A stretch of DNA of 62,370 nucleotides, the filler included. It is 4 parts of 4 records of this genome, joined end to end, with 100 filler letters (N's around TTAATTAATTAA, not from the genome) between each part and the next. Parts side by side here need not be neighbours in the genome. Positions count along the whole stretch, not along the records: positions 27,683 to 56,997 come from DRR723986_3034; 3 more parts are not named here. One strand, written 5' to 3'. Both the position numbers and the translations under genes were made by a program. Under the pieces are notes generated by a model that worked only from the letters and a program-made list of their open reading frames with translations, made no database searches and was not told where the DNA came from. Shown one piece after another: positions 46,946 to 56,997 of this stretch (positions are counted from its first letter, which is position 1; the number at the start of each line of letters is the position of its first letter).

Positions 46946-48220
46946 TCAAGCCCAACCAAGCGAGATCGCAGTGGTGATGGCCAGAATGCCGGAAGAAATC
47001 GTCAGCGCTCCGGTCAACAGGACCATATTGCGGTACCGCTGAGCGCCTGCGCCAAGCGCAAGCACTACTTTGAAAGCTGTATTGACCAGGACCGCAATGA
47101 CAATTGCGCGCGCTGCAACCTGGTCAGACAGTTCACCCGCACTCAGCCGCCCCATGGAAATGGTGACTGCGTCCGCGTCGAACGCACCGGCAATCGTTGC
47201 AACTCCGAACACGCCCCCCTCGCCCCAAGCGGCCTGAGCAAGGCGCGAGAGAAGCAATGCCAAAGTCAGCACCGCCGCAAATACGACCGCCGATTTCAAG
47301 TCGAGAGGATTAGGCAGAGCCAATTTTGCTTCAGTCTTCGACCGCTGGCGCCACAGTAAAAAGCCGGCGACCAGCAGAGTAGTCGCGAACATGGCCCCTA
47401 GCGGGAGCCACAGCATCGGCAACAGAGCGGGCCGGATTGCCGCGACGATCAAACCTGTTCGTATGACCATAACGGACCATGCCATTGCCACGCCGCCTGC
47501 ATAGGCTGACGCCCTGCCACCTGCTTTGGACAATTGAGACAATGAAAGCGTTGCCGCCGTCGACGAGGCAAGCCCGCCTGCAAGCGCCAGCAGCCCGACC
47601 CCCGCACGTTCCCCCAGCGCCTTCACGCCGACATAGCCAATGAAGCCAAGCCCGCTAATCAGGACAACCATCCACCAGATGTGGCGAGGATTGATCACCT
47701 CATATGGCCCCAGCCCGACATCCGGCATCGCTGGCAGAACCACGATCGAGATCAGTAGCAATCGCAAAAACGCGCTCATTTCGCGCGCATCGATCCGATT
47801 GAGCAGCTGGTGCATCGGTTCGCGGAGCCACAGAATAAAAGCCGTCACAACCGCGCCCCCGCCTGCAAGCAAAGGCGAGATTTTCACCGAAATTGCCCCC
47901 AGACTGAAAGTGATAAGGGCCGCAATCATGGTTGTGGCGCTTACGTTTCGGGTCTCGTCGATGTGCGCCTCAAATCCCTGACGCAACAATAGTGCTAGAC
48001 CAATGACACCCGCCGACAGAATGAAACCATTTCCAGTATCCAGTGCGGCTGCCAATCCGCCGATCAGGCCAATCAGACCAAATGTCCGGAAACCTGCGAC
48101 ACGGCTTCCTGTCGGATCGCCGCGTTCTTTCCATCCGCGCTCCAGACCGATTATCAAGCCTATAACCAGCGCGGCGAACAAGTTCGCAGCAAGTGTCAGG
48201 ACACTCTGTGTCGGTTCCAA
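46946..48220 (-). CDS. MgtC/SapB + DUF4010 membrane protein
   Basis: GLIIGLERG, AGFRTF, GGLASSTAAT, DADAVTIS; TTG start after GGAGGAGG. Confidence 0.9.
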   Translation of the reverse strand: MEPTQSVLTLAANLFAALVIGLIIGLERGWKERGDPTGSRVAGFRTFGLIGLIGGLAAALDTGNGFILSAGVIGLALLLRQGFEAHIDETRNVSATTMIAALITFSLGAISVKISPLLAGGGAVVTAFILWLREPMHQLLNRIDAREMSAFLRLLLISIVVLPAMPDVGLGPYEVINPRHIWWMVVLISGLGFIGYVGVKALGERAGVGLLALAGGLASSTAATLSLSQLSKAGGRASAYAGGVAMAWSVMVIRTGLIVAAIRPALLPMLWLPLGAMFATTLLVAGFLLWRQRSKTEAKLALPNPLDLKSAVVFAAVLTLALLLSRLAQAAWGEGGVFGVATIAGAFDADAVTISMGRLSAGELSDQVAARAIVIAVLVNTAFKVVLALGAGAQRYRNMVLLTGALTISSGILAITTAISLGWA

Positions 48221-48378
48221 ATGCCTCCTCCCGGCCCACAAGCAGATGAGTGTAGCGCCAACAGGTGCCAAAGGGCCATCCGTATTCTCCACCAGCGCTG
48301 GCGACGAATGAACAGCTTGTGAAACCAGTGCAAGTGCCTTTTGATGTCCGGATATGCGAAACACGGAAGAGCCCAGAA

Positions 48379-49743
48379 ATGACCGACAAGATCACCTTCC
48401 TAGGCGGTGCCGGAACAGTCACCGGCTCCAAATACCTGATCGAGAGGCAAGGCCGGCGCATCCTGGTCGACTGCGGGCTGTTCCAGGGCTTCAAACAGTT
48501 GCGCAATCGAAACTGGAAACCACTCCCCATCTCACCATCTGAAATCGACGCGGTGGTTTTGACCCATGCGCATATTGATCATTCGGGATACCTGCCGCTT
48601 CTGGTACGCAACGGATTTCGAGGGCATATCCATGCCACCACTCCAACACGTGACCTTTGCAACATTTTGCTGCCGGATAGCGGCTACCTGCAGGAACACG
48701 AAGCAGACCTTGCGAACCGTGAAGGGTTTTCGCGCCATCATCCAGCGCTGCCACTCTACACCCAGGCCGACGCCGAGGTCTCACTCAAACACTTCCGCAC
48801 GCATGGCTTTGGTGACTCCGTCGAGCTGGGCGATGGTATCGGTGCGACTTTTGTAGAAGCGGGTCATATTCTCGGTGCTGCATCGATCCTGCTTGATACA
48901 GGCGATAACAAGATCGCATTTTCCGGTGACCTTGGCCGGTATGAGAATCCGATCATGCATGATCCGTCGCCAATCACAGAAGCGGACTATGTGCTTGTCG
49001 AGTCGACCTATGGAGACACTATCCATCCAAAGACAGACCCCGAAGACATTCTCGAAGCCATCATCAATCGTACTTTTCAACGCGGCGGGACAGTCATCAT
49101 TCCGTCGTTTGCTGTTGGCCGGTCACAATCGCTACTATTCCATATCAGCCGACTCCGCGCAGCTGGGCGCATTCCTGAGATGCCCGTCTATCTGGACAGC
49201 CCAATGGCGATCAATGTCAGTGAACTGTTTGTTCGACATGCTGCTGCTCACAAACTCACTCAGGAAGAAGCGCGGGCGGCCTGCGATGTCGCGACCTACA
49301 CACGTCAAAGTGAAGATTCCCGCAAACTAGATACTGATCTTATGCCAAAGATCATCATTTCGGCATCCGGCATGGCAACTGGCGGGCGCATTCTTCACCA
49401 TTTGAAAGTCTACGCTCCAGACGCACGGAACACGATCCTCTTTGCTGGTTTCCAGGCAGGCGGCACACGCGGCGCAGCAATGTTGGGCGGAGTACGCAAG
49501 ATAAAAATTCATGGTGGATATTACGAAGTGAACGCCGAGGTTCAGAACCTGCACATGCTCTCAGCGCATGCCGATGCTGACGAATTGATGCGTTGGCTCG
49601 GAAACTTCCGCACACCTCCCAAAGAAACATTTGTGGTCCACGGAGAGGCAACAGCATCCGACACGCTGCGTCACAGGATCCAGGAGGAATTGGACTGGTC
49701 CTGCAAGGTGCCTGAGCAAGGCGAGACTGTGCGGCTGAAATGA
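48379..49743 (+). CDS. MBL-fold beta-CASP ribonuclease (Ysh1/CPSF73-like)
   Basis: GGAGTVTGS, DCGLFQG, THAHIDH, AGHILG, FSGD, ESTYG, SASGMATGGR, SAHAD, VHGE. Confidence 0.93.
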   Translation: MTDKITFLGGAGTVTGSKYLIERQGRRILVDCGLFQGFKQLRNRNWKPLPISPSEIDAVVLTHAHIDHSGYLPLLVRNGFRGHIHATTPTRDLCNILLPDSGYLQEHEADLANREGFSRHHPALPLYTQADAEVSLKHFRTHGFGDSVELGDGIGATFVEAGHILGAASILLDTGDNKIAFSGDLGRYENPIMHDPSPITEADYVLVESTYGDTIHPKTDPEDILEAIINRTFQRGGTVIIPSFAVGRSQSLLFHISRLRAAGRIPEMPVYLDSPMAINVSELFVRHAAAHKLTQEEARAACDVATYTRQSEDSRKLDTDLMPKIIISASGMATGGRILHHLKVYAPDARNTILFAGFQAGGTRGAAMLGGVRKIKIHGGYYEVNAEVQNLHMLSAHADADELMRWLGNFRTPPKETFVVHGEATASDTLRHRIQEELDWSCKVPEQGETVRLK

Positions 49744-51248
49744 AGGACGACACTGCCAACTTGATGCGCGCACGGCGCCTTGGCGTGCTGACACAGCATG
49801 AGATGATTGCCCTTGTGCATGCTGACTGCCCTGTCTGCCGCTCAGAAGGCATGAGCGCCCACAGTCAGGTTACCCTCACCCATGGCGACAAATCAGTGGT
49901 TGCCACACTTTATCAAGTGACCGAGGACTGGTTCCCACTCGGATCGGTTGGCCTGACCGATCAGGCATGGGAACGGCTTGATCTGGAAGATGGCGCATTG
50001 GTGCGCGTCACGCATGCACCTCCCCTCGCCTCCTTGTCTTATGTGCGCGAACGCATTTTTGACGATGGCCTGACGGATGCCCAGATCCGGTCTGTCGTGA
50101 GCGATATAGTCAGAGGGGCCTATTCAGACATCCATCTCACTGCTTTCGTTACGGCAACCGCAGCGAAACCGCTTGCTACCCGGGAAGTGATTTCTCTGAC
50201 GCGAGCCATGATCGATACAGGCGACCGGATCGACTGGGGCGTGACACCTGTGGCCGACAAGCATTGCGTCGGCGGCCTGCCAGCAAACCGGACCACGCCG
50301 ATTGTGGTGTCCATTGTCGCGGCAAATGGCCTACTTATTCCCAAGACGTCTTCCCGTGCAATCACCTCCCCTGCGGGCACTGCGGACACGATGGAGACCC
50401 TGACACGAGTAGACCTGGATCGAGACGAGTTGCGCCAGGTGATCGAAAAGGAAGGCGGATGCTTCATCTGGGGTGATGCGGTCGATTTCTCACCCGCAGA
50501 CACCGCAATCATTCGTGTCGAACGGGCATTGAACTTCGACTCTGCAGGCTCAATGGTCGCGTCGGTGCTGTCCAAGAAAATCGCTGCAGGGGCGACCCAT
50601 GTCGTGATTGACATTCCGGTCGGCCCGACCGCGAAAATTCGCAATCGGCTGCAAGCTCGAGAATTGGCGGACCTATTCCGAACGGTCGCCCTGACCTTTG
50701 GGCTGAAGCTGCGCATTGAAGTCACAGACGGGTCGCAACCCATCGGACGCGGGATCGGTCCGGCGCTTGAAGCTCGCGATGTTCGGGCGGTGCTGGAGCG
50801 CTCTGCCGACGCCCCACAAGACCTCCGCTACAAATCCCTCGCTCTGGCGGGCGCCGTGCTCGAACTCACCGGAAAAGTGCCCGAGGGCGAAGGTATTGCA
50901 CGCGCCACCGACACATTGGACACAGGCAAAGCCTGGAAAAAGTTTCTTGCCATCTGCAAAGCGCAAGGCGGTGTATTTGAGCCACCCGCGGCCAAATTCC
51001 AGCGCCCGGTGAACGCGATACGCAGTGGCCGTGTCGCCTCCATTGACAATCACCGCCTCGCCCGTGTTGCCAAGCTTGCCGGCGCGCCAGACGACAAGGC
51101 CGCCGGTCTCGATCTCCATGTCAAGATCGGTGACACTGTTGGCCAGGGCACTCCCCTATATACGCTGCACACTGAAACAATCGGCGAGCTCTCCTACGTG
51201 CTCGACTATGTGAAATCCAACCCTGACATCATCGAGCTGACCAGATGA
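49740..51248 (+). CDS. AMP/thymidine phosphorylase family, long form with N-terminal extension
   Basis: CRSEG N-terminal domain, DKHCVGG, PKTSSRAITSPAGTAD, SVLSKK, GIGPALEA, KLAGAP. Confidence 0.9.
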   Translation: MKDDTANLMRARRLGVLTQHEMIALVHADCPVCRSEGMSAHSQVTLTHGDKSVVATLYQVTEDWFPLGSVGLTDQAWERLDLEDGALVRVTHAPPLASLSYVRERIFDDGLTDAQIRSVVSDIVRGAYSDIHLTAFVTATAAKPLATREVISLTRAMIDTGDRIDWGVTPVADKHCVGGLPANRTTPIVVSIVAANGLLIPKTSSRAITSPAGTADTMETLTRVDLDRDELRQVIEKEGGCFIWGDAVDFSPADTAIIRVERALNFDSAGSMVASVLSKKIAAGATHVVIDIPVGPTAKIRNRLQARELADLFRTVALTFGLKLRIEVTDGSQPIGRGIGPALEARDVRAVLERSADAPQDLRYKSLALAGAVLELTGKVPEGEGIARATDTLDTGKAWKKFLAICKAQGGVFEPPAAKFQRPVNAIRSGRVASIDNHRLARVAKLAGAPDDKAAGLDLHVKIGDTVGQGTPLYTLHTETIGELSYVLDYVKSNPDIIELTR

Positions 51249-52144
51249 CACGTTTCCTCCTTTACTTCCTTCCAGGCACAGGCCACCTGTCAGCCCCCCT
51301 TGCCCATGAGCTCGGCGCAGACATCGGTGAGATTGAGTTTCACAAGTTTCCTGATGGGGAGAGCTATCTGCGGTTTCTGACACCTCCGGACGGACGCCAT
51401 GTAGCACTGGTTGATTGTCTCGACCGCCCGGATCCAAAGCTTGTGCCACTGCTGTTCGCGGCCATGACAGCACAAGACCTGAGCGCCAGCTCCGTTGGCT
51501 TAATCGCTCCTTACATGCCCTACTTCCGCCAAGACATCGCGTTTAATTGCGGGGAGTCCATCAGTGCACGGCATATTGGAGCATTGCTTTCCGCCCATCT
51601 GTCCTGGGTCACAACGCTCGATCCGCACCTGCACCGGCTGGCCAGCCTGGATGACGTATTCACCATTCCCGGTGAGCTCGCTCACGCGACAGATCCGATG
51701 GCCAAATGGATCAAGGCTCATATCGAAAAGCCGATCATTTATGGTCCTGACGAAGAGAGCGAACAATGGGTCCGAACAATAGCAGAAGCTTGCGATGCAC
51801 CGTACGATGTATTTCGAAAGATGCGTTTGGGTGACCGGAATGTGCAAATTGAGGTCCCCGCCGGCATCGACTCCGGCGGCCACACCCCTGTTATTGTGGA
51901 TGACATCATATCATCCGGCACGACACTGGCGACGCTTGTCCGCGCCCTTTGCGAAAGTGGACAGCCACGCCCGATATGCTGCGCTGTCCACGGAATTTTT
52001 GCGGAAGATGCCTATGAGCAACTTATTGCGGCTGGAGCCGCACGCATTGTCACCACAAACGCCCTTCCTCACAAGACAAATGCGATCGATGTTACGCGCG
52101 TCCTCGCTGACGCTGCCCGCCGCATCGCCTTGCCACAGGATTGA
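51245..52144 (+). CDS. prs: Ribose-phosphate pyrophosphokinase (short form)
   Basis: FPDGES, APYMPYFRQD, DPHLH, GPDEES, VDDIISSGTT PRPP loop, VHG. Confidence 0.9.
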   Translation: MTRFLLYFLPGTGHLSAPLAHELGADIGEIEFHKFPDGESYLRFLTPPDGRHVALVDCLDRPDPKLVPLLFAAMTAQDLSASSVGLIAPYMPYFRQDIAFNCGESISARHIGALLSAHLSWVTTLDPHLHRLASLDDVFTIPGELAHATDPMAKWIKAHIEKPIIYGPDEESEQWVRTIAEACDAPYDVFRKMRLGDRNVQIEVPAGIDSGGHTPVIVDDIISSGTTLATLVRALCESGQPRPICCAVHGIFAEDAYEQLIAAGAARIVTTNALPHKTNAIDVTRVLADAARRIALPQD

Positions 52145-52189
52145 CGCCAAACCGAAGCGGTAGGACACTTTCCTTTTGGGAGGAAAGCC

Positions 52190-52720
52190 ATGTTCGACGT
52201 AGATACATTCGTCGCAGACTGCAGAGCCGCCATTGCGGAGGATCCGACCCACCGAGCTGTCCTGGAAGTAATGGAAGCCGCATTTCACGATCCTGGCGCC
52301 ATACTCAACGCTGTCGGAGAACCAAGCGGAGCGGGCATCGACATCCTTCACAGGTCGCATACACTTACAGTGTTGAATGTCATCTGGGGCGCCCACTCAA
52401 CACTGATGCCACACAATCATGAAATGTGGGCGATTATCGGTATTTATACCGGACGCGAAGACAACATCTTCTGGCGCAGGGTGAAGGATGACCCGTCCCG
52501 GGTGGAAGCTGCGGGTGCGCGCACGCTGCTCACAGGGGACGTCGCGCCGCTCGGGAAAGACATCATCCACTCCGTGACAAACCCGTTGGGTCGCCCAACC
52601 GGCGCAATCCACGTTTATGGCGGAGACTTCTTTTCTCAGCCTCGCAGCGAGTGGGACGAAGAAACCCTGTCAGAGCGGCCATACGACATCGAAAAAGTGA
52701 AAGCTTTTTTCGACAGCTGA
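52190..52720 (+). CDS. Cysteine-dioxygenase-like cupin metalloprotein
   Basis: PHNH..W, IHSVTNP, AIHVYG. Confidence 0.75.
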   Translation: MFDVDTFVADCRAAIAEDPTHRAVLEVMEAAFHDPGAILNAVGEPSGAGIDILHRSHTLTVLNVIWGAHSTLMPHNHEMWAIIGIYTGREDNIFWRRVKDDPSRVEAAGARTLLTGDVAPLGKDIIHSVTNPLGRPTGAIHVYGGDFFSQPRSEWDEETLSERPYDIEKVKAFFDS

Positions 52721-52725
52721 GCCCA

Positions 52726-53931
52726 TCAGGCAAAGTGCAGGCGGCGGTATTTGCCACGGAAATAGAGCAAGGGGTCACGACGAGGCTCGAACCGGGCGCG
52801 GACCACTTCACCGACCAGGATAACATGATCTCCGCCCTCATGCAGCGCATGCCGACGGCATTCAAAATTTGCCAACGCCCCCGACAAGAGCGGAGCCCCA
52901 TTGTGCCCGCGCCGCCATGGCGTGGCCGCAAAGCGGTCCTCACCCGATTTAGCAAACAAGTTGGATGTCGGCTGCTGACCGATGTGCAGCACATTCACCG
53001 CAAAGTTTTCGGCTGCTTCCATGGCCTTCAGGCTACCTGCCGATTTCGCGATACAGACCAGAAGAAGCGGCGGATCCAGAGAAACCGACGTGAAAGAATT
53101 TGCGGTCAGCCCAACCGGTTGTCCTTCTTTGTCCAGTGTGGTCACCACCGTGACCCCGGTGGCAAAACAACCAAGCGCATCCCGCAGTGTCCGGGCATCC
53201 GACCCCTGACGGTATTCCGGGGCAAATCGCGGAACCCTGCGTTCCAGGAAATCCAGGAGCGTCGCGCTGAACATGTCCGCCCGCTCAGCGGCCACCATCT
53301 GACCAGCCTCCCGGATCTCGGCGTATTCAACATTTTCGAGTTTACCCAGGAAGCGATTGGCCTCGTCCACACCAGACAGTTCGCTCTTCGCACCTCGCAC
53401 GAAGAGGATCGGCATTTTGATCTGTGTCGCAGCGTCCGAGACTCGCGCCACAGCTGTTTCAGGATCGAATGTGTCGGCAAACGCCGGATCAAAACAGGGC
53501 TTTTCAGGCGCCGCGGTTTTTGGTCGGCAGGCAGCATCGAAATCCATGTCCGGCACGGAATCTATAAGCACTAGTCCGGCAGCGAGATGCGCTCCTTCTT
53601 CACCCAACGCAGCGGTGGCCGCCCAGCCGCCTATGGATGCGGCAACGACCACCGGACGCGACGCCATCTGTGCGAGCACTGCTCGCAGATCCTCTACCAG
53701 GGCTTCAAAATCATAGCGCCGGTCAGAAGGCCAATCGCTTTCACCATGACCTCGCAGATCAATACGAATGACATAACGCCCGGCCTTTACCAGCGCGTCA
53801 GCGACATCATCCCACACAGCGCGCGTCTGCGCCCCGCCATGGATGAGCAATACAGCCGGATCATCCGGTGAGCCCAGCGCATCACCTTTCAGCGCTGCTC
53901 CGCCAAATCCTTTGAAACTGACCGGCTGCAT
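52726..53931 (-). CDS. Alpha/beta-hydrolase-fold + flavin reductase fusion
   Basis: HGGAQT, DLRGHGES, ASIGG; then LRDALGCFATGVTVVT, NSFTSVSLDPPL, GGDH, PLLYFRG. Confidence 0.88.
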   Translation of the reverse strand: MQPVSFKGFGGAALKGDALGSPDDPAVLLIHGGAQTRAVWDDVADALVKAGRYVIRIDLRGHGESDWPSDRRYDFEALVEDLRAVLAQMASRPVVVAASIGGWAATAALGEEGAHLAAGLVLIDSVPDMDFDAACRPKTAAPEKPCFDPAFADTFDPETAVARVSDAATQIKMPILFVRGAKSELSGVDEANRFLGKLENVEYAEIREAGQMVAAERADMFSATLLDFLERRVPRFAPEYRQGSDARTLRDALGCFATGVTVVTTLDKEGQPVGLTANSFTSVSLDPPLLLVCIAKSAGSLKAMEAAENFAVNVLHIGQQPTSNLFAKSGEDRFAATPWRRGHNGAPLLSGALANFECRRHALHEGGDHVILVGEVVRARFEPRRDPLLYFRGKYRRLHFA

Positions 53932-54040
53932 ACGGTCTCCTGTGTGAGTCGCTGTGTGACCTCACATATATGACTCCGCGCCCTTATAACCAAGGCAGGC
54001 GATGAGCCCCGGACCATCGCCGGACCAATTCCCCCAAGCT

Positions 54041-54862
54041 TCACGAACTCAGCAACTCATCGATCAGCGACTCAAATTCGGACGGCAAATCCGGGCTGAA
54101 CTCCATTTCATCTATCGCGCGAACCGGAACCACCAAACGCAAGCTGTTTGTCAGAAAAACACCATCTGTCTTTGCAATATCGTCCAGCCGCAAAATTCGT
54201 TCTGAAACCTCAAATCCATACCGAATGGCGTTTTCCAGAAGCCAGCCTCGTACCACACCTGCCACCACGCCGTCGGATCGCGGCGGGGTAACCAGCGTCG
54301 ATCCAGACCAGGCCCAGATATTGGCAATCGAACTGCATGCTATGTGGCCGCCGGGCGTCAGGAATAATGCGTCATCATATCCATTCCGCTGAGCCTGCCG
54401 CTGCCCCATAATCGCGTCTCCATAGGAAAGCGTCTTGTAAAGGGCCGATGGCGCGGTCGGATTGCGTTGAATGGTGCTGACGTCGAGGCGAATGGGGGAC
54501 GATGGGTACATCAGCGGCATCGGCGTGAAGGATGCCATGAGCGTCGGGTTCGAAGCCGATGTTTCCGCCAAACCCCGTCCACCCGGTCCCCGCGTCACAG
54601 TGAGACGCAATGCACCAGTCGCATCCTCCGGAACTGCGTCTTTCGCGAGCGCTTCGATTTCCGTTTTTGCGACTTCAAGACCGAAAACTTCACACGCTTG
54701 CACGAAACGCCCGACATGCCGCTCACGAAGGACCATTCGTCCGTCAATCACCAAGGACGTATCAAAGACCCCGTCCCCAAGCAGCAATCCCCGGTCTGTC
54801 AAATCAAATGGGTGCACCGCATCGCGCGATGCAATCGTCTGGCGAAGTTTAATTATGGGCAT
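54041..54862 (-). CDS. pabC: Aminotransferase class IV, 4-amino-4-deoxychorismate lyase
   Basis: DRGLLLGDGVFDT, LRLTVTRG, KTLSY, AGVVR; last gene of pabB-pabA-pabC. Confidence 0.8.
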   Translation of the reverse strand: MPIIKLRQTIASRDAVHPFDLTDRGLLLGDGVFDTSLVIDGRMVLRERHVGRFVQACEVFGLEVAKTEIEALAKDAVPEDATGALRLTVTRGPGGRGLAETSASNPTLMASFTPMPLMYPSSPIRLDVSTIQRNPTAPSALYKTLSYGDAIMGQRQAQRNGYDDALFLTPGGHIACSSIANIWAWSGSTLVTPPRSDGVVAGVVRGWLLENAIRYGFEVSERILRLDDIAKTDGVFLTNSLRLVVPVRAIDEMEFSPDLPSEFESLIDELLSS

Positions 54863-55434
54863 GTCATTGACCGGCAATGGCTAAGGAAATTTTTGAGCAA
54901 ACTGTCTCCATGATCCGTCAGAATCGACTCTGGATGAAACTGCACGCCAAAAACAGGATTCTCTCGATGCGAAAGCGCCATGACCTCTCCGTCTGGTGAT
55001 GTGGCATCGACCTGCAATCCGGTAGCACCTGACAGATCTACAGCGAGCGAATGGTAAAGCCCCACCGGCAGCGGCGATGGTAGTCCAGCAAATAACCCTT
55101 TCGACTGATGGATAATATTGACGGCCCGTCCATGTGACGGCGAACGCGCGCGCCTGACCGATCCGCCATATGCGACCGCAATGGCCTGATGCCCCAGGCA
55201 AACACCAAGTATCGGCAAGTCTTCCCCGAATGTTTGAATGGTCTGAACGGAAATCCCGGCCTGCTCAGGCCGCGACGGCCCCGGCGAGATCACAATTGCC
55301 TCCGGACGCAGGCGCACGATGTCTTTGAGCGAGAGGCTCCTGCTGTCTTTCACTTCGACGTCTGCGCCAGCGAGCGTCAGATATCGCGCAAGATTAAAAA
55401 CAAAGCTGTCCCTATTGTTCAGCACCAGGATCAT
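54853..55434 (-). CDS. pabA: Aminodeoxychorismate/anthranilate synthase component II (GATase)
   Basis: DSFVFNL, ISPGPS.P, GVCLGHQ, YHSL, QFHPES. Confidence 0.85.
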   Translation of the reverse strand: MILVLNNRDSFVFNLARYLTLAGADVEVKDSRSLSLKDIVRLRPEAIVISPGPSRPEQAGISVQTIQTFGEDLPILGVCLGHQAIAVAYGGSVRRARSPSHGRAVNIIHQSKGLFAGLPSPLPVGLYHSLAVDLSGATGLQVDATSPDGEVMALSHRENPVFGVQFHPESILTDHGDSLLKNFLSHCRSMTCP

Positions 55435-56804
55435 ATTTTGGTCACCTCCGAAACCGGAAGACCAATAATCCGCTCCGCCTTGAGCTGGACCTCTTCCCAT
55501 TCAGCATGCGCGTCAGAGAGCAACGTAATCCCCGCCCCTGACCAATACCTGTCTCCGCTCGGAACATGATCAATTGTGCGGATCATGATATTGAAATCAC
55601 AGGCACCATCATGACCGATATACCCGAATGAACCGCAAAACGCACCGCGCGCGGAAGGCTCCAGATCATCTATTAATTCCATGGCCCGCAGCTTGGGAGC
55701 GCCTGTTACCGACCCGCCGGGAAAAACTGCTCCCAGAAGATTAATGGCGTCCAGAGATGGTTTCAATTTTCCCTCAATCGACGAGACGAGATGAAAGAGA
55801 TTGGGCAGCTGTTCGACGTCGCACAGGCCGCTGACAACAACCGACTCGGGCCGGCAGACCCTCGACAAATCGTTCCGCAAGAGATCAACAATCATGATGT
55901 TCTCGGCGCGGTCCTTCTCGGAAGCTGCGAGCGCCTTCGCAATCTGCTGATCCAGTTCCGGACTCGCCGATCGCCGCGCCGTTCCCTTAATGGGCTCAGC
56001 ACGGACATCGCCCTCAGAATTCATGGTTACAAGACGCTCTGGCGACAGGCTCGCCAGCGTGCGGCTCGTGAAGGCACCAAATGCGGAAAACGCCGCCTGC
56101 GTCTGCTGCCTGTTCACAAGATAGGTGCAAAACGCCTCATCATATGACTGAGCCGGCCGGGTCCAGAGGCTTGCAGTATTCGCTTGATATATCTCTCCAT
56201 CCAGAATGGCTTCGCGCACGGCGGCAACAAGGTCCGTATACGGCGCCTGTGGCAATGCGCGCGACCAGACTGCTCCCTCCCCACCAGGCCTGGCGCACGA
56301 AGTATTTTCCCGAACACACATCTCCGCGAGGCTGCTTATTCGTTGCCTGGCAAGCGCCTCATCAGGAAGACCACCCGGCCCGTTCAGACCCGCCGAATAG
56401 ACCGTCAGGCTTTGCTGCCGGTGATCGAATGCCAGAACCGTATCGTAAAATGCAAACTCTAGGATATCGCCTGCATCATCTGAATGGCACGAGCCGAAAT
56501 CACTGACCCAGATTTCAGCTGCATCATAGGTAACATAACCGATCGCACCGCCCTGAAATGGCGCACCATCGGCAATCATCTTCATCTTGAACTGGTTTTG
56601 CCAGTCTCGAAATCCCCTATCGAATTCAGCCGAAGATTCTGCGGTTTGGCGACGAAACCTGGAGACGGGGTTGGACGCGATATAGGAATACCGGTTCTTG
56701 CCGCCGGTAGAGCCAGCACTATCCAGCCACACAAACCCCGGCTCCCGATACAGTTTCAGGGCAAGCGCAGCCGGCTCTTGCCAAGGCAATTCGCGTCTAA
56801 ACAC
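55431..56804 (-). CDS. pabB: Aminodeoxychorismate synthase component I
   Basis: FQGGAIGY, GEIYQAN, SPERL, PIKGT, KDRAENIMIVDLLRNDL, FPGGSVTGAPK. Confidence 0.9.
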   Translation of the reverse strand: MFRRELPWQEPAALALKLYREPGFVWLDSAGSTGGKNRYSYIASNPVSRFRRQTAESSAEFDRGFRDWQNQFKMKMIADGAPFQGGAIGYVTYDAAEIWVSDFGSCHSDDAGDILEFAFYDTVLAFDHRQQSLTVYSAGLNGPGGLPDEALARQRISSLAEMCVRENTSCARPGGEGAVWSRALPQAPYTDLVAAVREAILDGEIYQANTASLWTRPAQSYDEAFCTYLVNRQQTQAAFSAFGAFTSRTLASLSPERLVTMNSEGDVRAEPIKGTARRSASPELDQQIAKALAASEKDRAENIMIVDLLRNDLSRVCRPESVVVSGLCDVEQLPNLFHLVSSIEGKLKPSLDAINLLGAVFPGGSVTGAPKLRAMELIDDLEPSARGAFCGSFGYIGHDGACDFNIMIRTIDHVPSGDRYWSGAGITLLSDAHAEWEEVQLKAERIIGLPVSEVTKI

Positions 56805-56957
56805 CTGACTGCCCGCTCGATTTGATACCGTACGTCGGAGTAAGGCTGATCCAGATTGCCTTGGTCACGCAGACCCTCCAATTACGCTCTATTCCATACA
56901 GTGCCTTTGGCTCTGAATGGCAATAACACAGCAGCTGCATGGAGAGCAGATCGAAGG

Positions 56958-56997
56958 TGGCAGTCCCTAGGGGAATCGAACCCCTCTTTCCAGGTTG
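56958..56997 (-). tRNA. 3' half of a tRNA, most likely tRNA-Glu(TTC); cut by contig end
   Basis: Minus strand reads CAACCTGGAAAGAGGGGTTCGATTCCCCTAGGGACTGCCA: T-arm GTTCGATTC and CCA end; only the last anticodon base is visible. Confidence 0.8.

Noticed and set aside
48379..52144. Anti-phage defence system (nuclease plus PRTase-fold gene)
   Set aside because: The context is USP/MgtC/exporter stress genes, with no defence-island neighbours; a metabolic role fits better, although defence is not formally excluded.
56958..56997. tRNA 3' end as the att site of an island
   Set aside because: The fragment is cut by the contig end, no second copy or integrase is seen, and the neighbours are housekeeping pab genes.
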